From a virus, in IMG/VR virus record IMGVR_UViG_3300035696_001556, positions 64,001 to 128,000 of that record: a stretch of DNA of 64,000 nt, one strand, 5' to 3'. The position numbers were made by a program, and so were the translations under genes. Position 1 is the first letter of the stretch, and each line of letters opens with the position of its first letter. This document shows positions 59,283 through 64,000 of this stretch, in pieces. The notes under the pieces were generated by a model. That model was not told the origin of the DNA and searched no databases. It saw only the letters and a program-made list of their open reading frames with translations.

Positions 59283-61907
59283 ATGACAACGCAAAAAATA
59301 TTTCTAACTGATACTTCCTTGACGTCATGGTCTGGTGTTGCCACGGATGGCTCTGATATCACAGTTGAGTGTATTGGTGGTGGTGCTGGTGCTGGAAAAG
59401 GAACCGGTAGCGTTGCTACGTGGTGTGCAGGAGGTGGCGGAGAATATGCTAAGAAAATACTTTCATATGTATCTGGCACTCCCGTACCTGTACATGTTGG
59501 TAAAGGTGGACTAGGTGTTCCCATCACAACAGAAGAACAAGATGTTGGCCTTGATGGTGAAGCAACTACATTTAACACTACTGCCGTCGTTGCAAATGGT
59601 GGTCAAGCAATAGGTCCTGGTGGTACCGGAGGCTCTGGAGATTTGCTTTATAATGGAGGTGCTGGTGGCACTACCACGACAACGCATTTAGCAGGTGGAG
59701 CAGGAGGAGGTGGGGCAGCAGGTCCATTAGGTCCAGGAGCAAATGGTGGTATCTCTTACAACGGTGATTATAGTGGAGGTAGCGGAGGTGGAGGTAATGG
59801 AGGAGGTACTGCCGGTGCTGATGGTTCATCTGGTGGAGGACTTGGTTATGGTGGTTATAATGCTGAAACAACAGGTAGGGGAATGCCAAATGACTCTGGA
59901 TCCGACACTCTACTGATTAATGGGACACTGGGTGGCGGAGGTGGTGGCGGAGCAGGCTATGCTAGTGATGGAGGAAATGGTGGTCCAGGAACAGAATGGG
60001 ATAACTCTCACGGTAGTGGTGGAGGCGGTGCTGGAACAATATATATCCCAACATTAGATGATCCTCACGGAAATCAAATAGCAGGTAATGGTGGACTTTA
60101 TGGGGGCGGTGGTGGCCAATGTGCATGGAATGTTTCGGGACGTGGACAGGGTGGAAACGGTTCACAAGGGATAATTGTAATCACCTATAATCTCCCTGTA
60201 CCTCCTTCCATAACCACACAACCAATAAATCAAACAGTGATAGCTCCTACAACCGCGACATTTATGGTTGTAGCAGCTGGTACTGGGACATTATCTTACC
60301 AATGGTATAAAAACTCGTCACTAATCCCTAGTGCTAATTTGAGTTCCTACACGACACCACCTACAAGTTCAGGAGATAGTGGAGCTGTATTCTATTGCGT
60401 AGTAAATAGTACTTATGGGACTGCCACATCAACCAATGCAACACTTACTGTACTACCTCCTCTAACAGCAGTCGATTTTACATTGTCCCCACAAGAAGGA
60501 TTCAGTCCTTTAACTATAATTTTTACTGCAAGCTGTACAGGCACCCCCACATATCTTAAATGGATATTTGGAGATGGTACTTCTGTAGATACTCCTCTTC
60601 AGTCTATTATTTCACACACGTACGATACACCAGGTATATATTCTCCAACTCTCATAGGTTCAGATGGTACAAATACGTTTACAGAAACTAAAGATAATTA
60701 TATTATAGTCAATCAGTCCTACATCGAATCAGAAAATAGCATTGTACAATCATACTGTTCTCTTCCTTATAAAAATTGGGAATTTTATGTAGATCCACAA
60801 ATGCATTTAGTATTTGTTTTAGGACAATACAGTTATAGATCAAATTTGCCTGTTATTAATGTCGGAGAATGGACACTAGCTGAGTTTCATGCTGGTCAGA
60901 ATAATATGTATGTGTCTACCGTTGCAACCGGAAGACAGCTTATACCTAGTTATCAGGTTTTTACGGGGTATGAGATTTATAGCGAAAATGAACTAATAAT
61001 AGCAAAAAACACGTCCATGAAAATAGATGAATTGAGAGTGGTAGCAGTAGAAGAGGATCTAACAGATTATTTTAATTCCCTGATAGGACGCGTTTATTAT
61101 CTTCGGGAGACCCCTTTATCGGTAATACAACCAGAGATTAAATTGTCTGGAATGTTTAGCTGTATAGGGTGGGTTAGAAGTCTTGTTGTACCAGATGGTG
61201 ATGTCCTAATACCGTTGACTATATCGGATCCTTATGGAAATGTTATAGGAGTCGATTCGGCAATAAGAATAGAGATCTTGAAAGACGGCTCTGACTACAG
61301 GTTGCAGTATTTAGGGTCTCAATCTCAGTCTATTAATAAAACTTTAAAAATAAATGTCAATGATGGCAACTGGCATTTTCTTGGCTATGAGTGTGACGAC
61401 AATGGTAACATGACTTTTTATGTCGATGCTATGATCGTGCCAGCACAAGATGGGTTAGATTCGTATGGCTTACCTTACTCTGTAGCCAAATCTACCACTC
61501 CGCGTGTCGGAGGGGGAGATGTGTGGCTACCGTATCTTTATGAGTCTGGACAAGTAATATACCAGTATAATTGGAGGTTTGGAAAAAATTTCAATCTTGG
61601 TCAATCTTGGATACAACAGTTAATGATAAAAGACCAACAAGCTCTACAAACAGCTTTTTCGAGCAATGCGATCAGTGTTGACCCAGCAATTCAAGCTATT
61701 TATTCTGAGATGTTGGCCTCGAAAGTACTGTCAACTTTGGATACAGCTTTAGATCCGTCTAATCCAGAAAGTATAATGGGTTTGACTGGTACTGTTGGCG
61801 TAGCATATGCTTCGCCTGGCTTAAGTACAAGTTCAATGGCTTATGTATCATCTTTTCAAAATGGTGGTTTCACTCACTCAAATGGACCTGATATTATTTT
61901 CAGTTAA
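59283..61907 (+). CDS. Multidomain fibre/adhesin: Gly-rich + Ig-like + PKD + LamG-like
   Basis: VECIGGGAG...GIIVITY; PSITTQP...LSYQWYKN...FYCVV; PLTIIF...WIFGDG...HTYDTPGIY; NDGNWHFL...FYVD. Confidence 0.78.
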   Translation: MTTQKIFLTDTSLTSWSGVATDGSDITVECIGGGAGAGKGTGSVATWCAGGGGEYAKKILSYVSGTPVPVHVGKGGLGVPITTEEQDVGLDGEATTFNTTAVVANGGQAIGPGGTGGSGDLLYNGGAGGTTTTTHLAGGAGGGGAAGPLGPGANGGISYNGDYSGGSGGGGNGGGTAGADGSSGGGLGYGGYNAETTGRGMPNDSGSDTLLINGTLGGGGGGGAGYASDGGNGGPGTEWDNSHGSGGGGAGTIYIPTLDDPHGNQIAGNGGLYGGGGGQCAWNVSGRGQGGNGSQGIIVITYNLPVPPSITTQPINQTVIAPTTATFMVVAAGTGTLSYQWYKNSSLIPSANLSSYTTPPTSSGDSGAVFYCVVNSTYGTATSTNATLTVLPPLTAVDFTLSPQEGFSPLTIIFTASCTGTPTYLKWIFGDGTSVDTPLQSIISHTYDTPGIYSPTLIGSDGTNTFTETKDNYIIVNQSYIESENSIVQSYCSLPYKNWEFYVDPQMHLVFVLGQYSYRSNLPVINVGEWTLAEFHAGQNNMYVSTVATGRQLIPSYQVFTGYEIYSENELIIAKNTSMKIDELRVVAVEEDLTDYFNSLIGRVYYLRETPLSVIQPEIKLSGMFSCIGWVRSLVVPDGDVLIPLTISDPYGNVIGVDSAIRIEILKDGSDYRLQYLGSQSQSINKTLKINVNDGNWHFLGYECDDNGNMTFYVDAMIVPAQDGLDSYGLPYSVAKSTTPRVGGGDVWLPYLYESGQVIYQYNWRFGKNFNLGQSWIQQLMIKDQQALQTAFSSNAISVDPAIQAIYSEMLASKVLSTLDTALDPSNPESIMGLTGTVGVAYASPGLSTSSMAYVSSFQNGGFTHSNGPDIIFS

Positions 61908-61915
61908 GGCAATGT

Positions 61916-62563
61916 ATGCTGAACACAAAAAATAATACGTTTAATGTCAGAATCCAAAGCAACATCGCGGATTATACCGTTGTTATAGATTCCGGATCGT
62001 TGGTTATTGACAACAAGTGGATCGATTTTAAAGGTGTGCTTTTTAATATAAAACAATATTTAAGAAACGCAGTCACGGGAAGCAGAGTAAGGTTTTTTAC
62101 CAACGTTAATTATGCGGGATATCTAGTACTTGGTATCGATGTAACTGGAGCTCTGATAGTTTTGGAAGGGGCACAAGTTTCATACACTACTCTGGCTTCA
62201 GTCCCTATTCCACCTGTTTTTAGTATGGTCCCGATAGCGGGGATAGTGGTAATTCAGGATGGTTCAAATAATCTGATCGATGGAATAAATCCCATAACCG
62301 ATAGTAATGTCATTTTCTATTCGGGTATGGGAAACACACTTGACAAAAATCAAAAAGGGATAATGGGTTTTGATAGTAATATACTTGGCGACACAGGTCT
62401 CTGTGGACAGACTGGATATCCTGGATTAGACGGAGACACAGGCCTGCAAGGTTTGCCAGGGATTGTTGGACCTGTAGGTTTTGGTTTTACAGGTCTGCAG
62501 GGATCCCAAGGACTTACAGGAATAAATTGGGACATAGCCGTTGGCTTTAATATTCTGTTATAA
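61916..62563 (+). CDS. Fibre protein B: shared N-domain + short collagen
   Basis: Collagen from residue 148 (55 aa). N-domain paralogous to 58114 and 62606. Confidence 0.78.
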   Translation: MLNTKNNTFNVRIQSNIADYTVVIDSGSLVIDNKWIDFKGVLFNIKQYLRNAVTGSRVRFFTNVNYAGYLVLGIDVTGALIVLEGAQVSYTTLASVPIPPVFSMVPIAGIVVIQDGSNNLIDGINPITDSNVIFYSGMGNTLDKNQKGIMGFDSNILGDTGLCGQTGYPGLDGDTGLQGLPGIVGPVGFGFTGLQGSQGLTGINWDIAVGFNILL

Positions 62564-62573
62564 AACCGATATT

Positions 62574-62581
62574 CTATTAAT
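62574..62581 (+). promoter_or_regulatory. Putative late promoter motif CTATTAAT
   Basis: Intergenic copy starting 32 nt before ATG 62606. Confidence 0.5.
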
Positions 62582-62605
62582 TTTTTATCTCATTTAAAGG
62601 CTAGC

Positions 62606-63604
62606 ATGTCTCTCATCACTAGAATAAATCAGCCTTTTGCATCGTTAACCAAAGATAGTGCTATCCAAGGAAATAGTATTGTCTTTATCAAAGGTGGCTC
62701 TACCATAATAAATGGTAATTGGTTGCAGTTTAATGACCTTAGGATAGACGTACAGGCGCTGGTAGAAAGTTACATAAGTCAGCAAGCAACTAGGATTTTT
62801 AATACAGTAAACGGGATTTTGTATGTAGTTATAACTCTCAATCAAAGTAGTAAGTTAGAGGTGATACCAAGTATCTCTTTAAACCAGACAACGACAGGGA
62901 GTGTAAAAGTTTTCAGTTCCTTGTCTGGAAGATTGCCACTGATGCTGGTTACCCTGCAACAGGACGGATCAAATGATTTATCCAGTATCATACCTATTAC
63001 AGCTGATGCTATAGAAGTCTACAAAGGTTATGGAAATTTTACATTAATAGGGCAACAAGGAGAGACTGGTCCTCAAGGAGATACAGGGATACAGAACGGA
63101 ATAGGACTAACTGGATTAAATGGACTAATAGGTGAACAAGGAATAACAGGTTGTATAGGATCAATAGGAGAAAACGGAGTACTAGGAGCGACAGGATTGG
63201 AAGGACAGGTTGGTGTTTCCATACCCAGAGAGGTATTCATAATACCCGTTAATCCTATAGCTAATTTCGTTGGAGTTCCCTTATCTGTAGATCAAAGTGT
63301 AGGGGTTGCTTTTACTAATCTGTCATTGGGTGATTGGAATAGCCTACTATGGGATTTTGGGGATGGATCAACTTCTACAGATAGTTCCAATCCTATAATT
63401 CACGCATATGATAATGTTGGTGTTTATACAGTTACCCTTTATTTATACGGTGTAGGTAACAATAGCAGTTCGACTGGAAATTCACCTTTTACTGTTATTG
63501 AACCTTATGACGTTCAGGATACGATAGATCCAAATAATCCATATGGCACTTGGACAACTGTAATAGGAAATGTTAATGTCACACAGAATTCAGTAGTTCC
63601 TTAA
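62606..63604 (+). CDS. Fibre protein C: shared N-domain + short collagen + PKD domain
   Basis: Collagen from residue 149 (55 aa), PKD domain (PIANF...VAFTNLS...WDFGDG...HAYDNVGVYTVTL). Confidence 0.78.
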   Translation: MSLITRINQPFASLTKDSAIQGNSIVFIKGGSTIINGNWLQFNDLRIDVQALVESYISQQATRIFNTVNGILYVVITLNQSSKLEVIPSISLNQTTTGSVKVFSSLSGRLPLMLVTLQQDGSNDLSSIIPITADAIEVYKGYGNFTLIGQQGETGPQGDTGIQNGIGLTGLNGLIGEQGITGCIGSIGENGVLGATGLEGQVGVSIPREVFIIPVNPIANFVGVPLSVDQSVGVAFTNLSLGDWNSLLWDFGDGSTSTDSSNPIIHAYDNVGVYTVTLYLYGVGNNSSSTGNSPFTVIEPYDVQDTIDPNNPYGTWTTVIGNVNVTQNSVVP

Positions 63605-63619
63605 TAAAGGAGATTTTTG

Positions 63620-64000
63620 ATGTCAGAAACTGGAGCATTAAAGCACATCATTCAAATAAACGACCTGAGAAGTAATTTAGAGCAAGGCTTAACTGGAGCT
63701 GGTCTTACTGAACTAAAAGCTAATCAGATAGCAATAGCTTTAGGAACAACAGGCCCTTCTCCCGTTTATCGACTTTTGTTCAGAGACAGTGTTGGAGGTC
63801 CTCATGATGTCGCTAATTTAACTGATATTGGAGCTGGTCCTGCTGGAGCAACTGGAGTTCTTGGATCTACGGGTCTTAAGGGAGCAACTGGAGCACAAGG
63901 AGTAACAGGACTTTCCGGTGTTGGTGGCGGTGGAGGTGTTACTGGAAGTGGAGTCAGCACTCAAGTAGCTGTTTGGACTGCTAATGGGTCTATTGGTGGA
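63620..64000 (+). CDS. Collagen-like fibre protein, 3'-partial
   Basis: RBS AAGGAG, then MSETGALKHII...GATGVLGSTGLKGATGAQGVTG..., open to the window end. Confidence 0.8.
   Translation, partial: MSETGALKHIIQINDLRSNLEQGLTGAGLTELKANQIAIALGTTGPSPVYRLLFRDSVGGPHDVANLTDIGAGPAGATGVLGSTGLKGATGAQGVTGLSGVGGGGGVTGSGVSTQVAVWTANGSIGG

Noticed and set aside
1-64000. Stop-codon reassignment
   Set aside because: The standard code gives near-complete coding density, and TAA, TAG (12963, 28709, 32762) and TGA (3483) all end genes at sensible boundaries.
53718-64000. Diversity-generating retroelement acting on fibre genes
   Set aside because: No reverse transcriptase and no template/variable repeat pair differing at adenines was seen in this window.

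Overview
This window is a gene-dense, almost entirely + strand virion-morphogenesis region of a large (jumbo-type) myovirus read in the standard genetic code. In order it contains: collagen-like and beta-helix fibre/appendage genes (1-4930); neck/head-completion genes (6019-11195) interrupted by a LAGLIDADG-DNA methyltransferase fusion and a broken DUF6527-like gene; a coiled-coil + RHH + actin-fold ATPase cluster; a Zn-finger PD-(D/E)xK endonuclease; a tail terminator-like gene; sheath, tube, chaperones and tape measure; two tube-initiator paralogs (one with a lytic transglycosylase); hub and spike; a 3529-aa giant protein; baseplate wedge genes; and a second cluster of collagen/PKD fibre genes. 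I saw no capsid, terminase, tRNA, rRNA or CRISPR array. The most striking observations are: (i) three paralogous fibre genes with length-matched collagen segments, a candidate heterotrimeric collagen; (ii) a G-x-T-G motif scattered through unrelated virion proteins, a candidate glycosylation sequon; (iii) the LAGLIDADG-MTase fusion under its own sigma70-like promoter; (iv) the actin/RHH module inside the late region; (v) a 4-bp duplication that frameshifts a fibre gene; (vi) a multi-stem intergenic RNA after the tube gene; (vii) two distinct promoter motif classes. All product calls rest on motifs and gene order read by eye; no database search was run.
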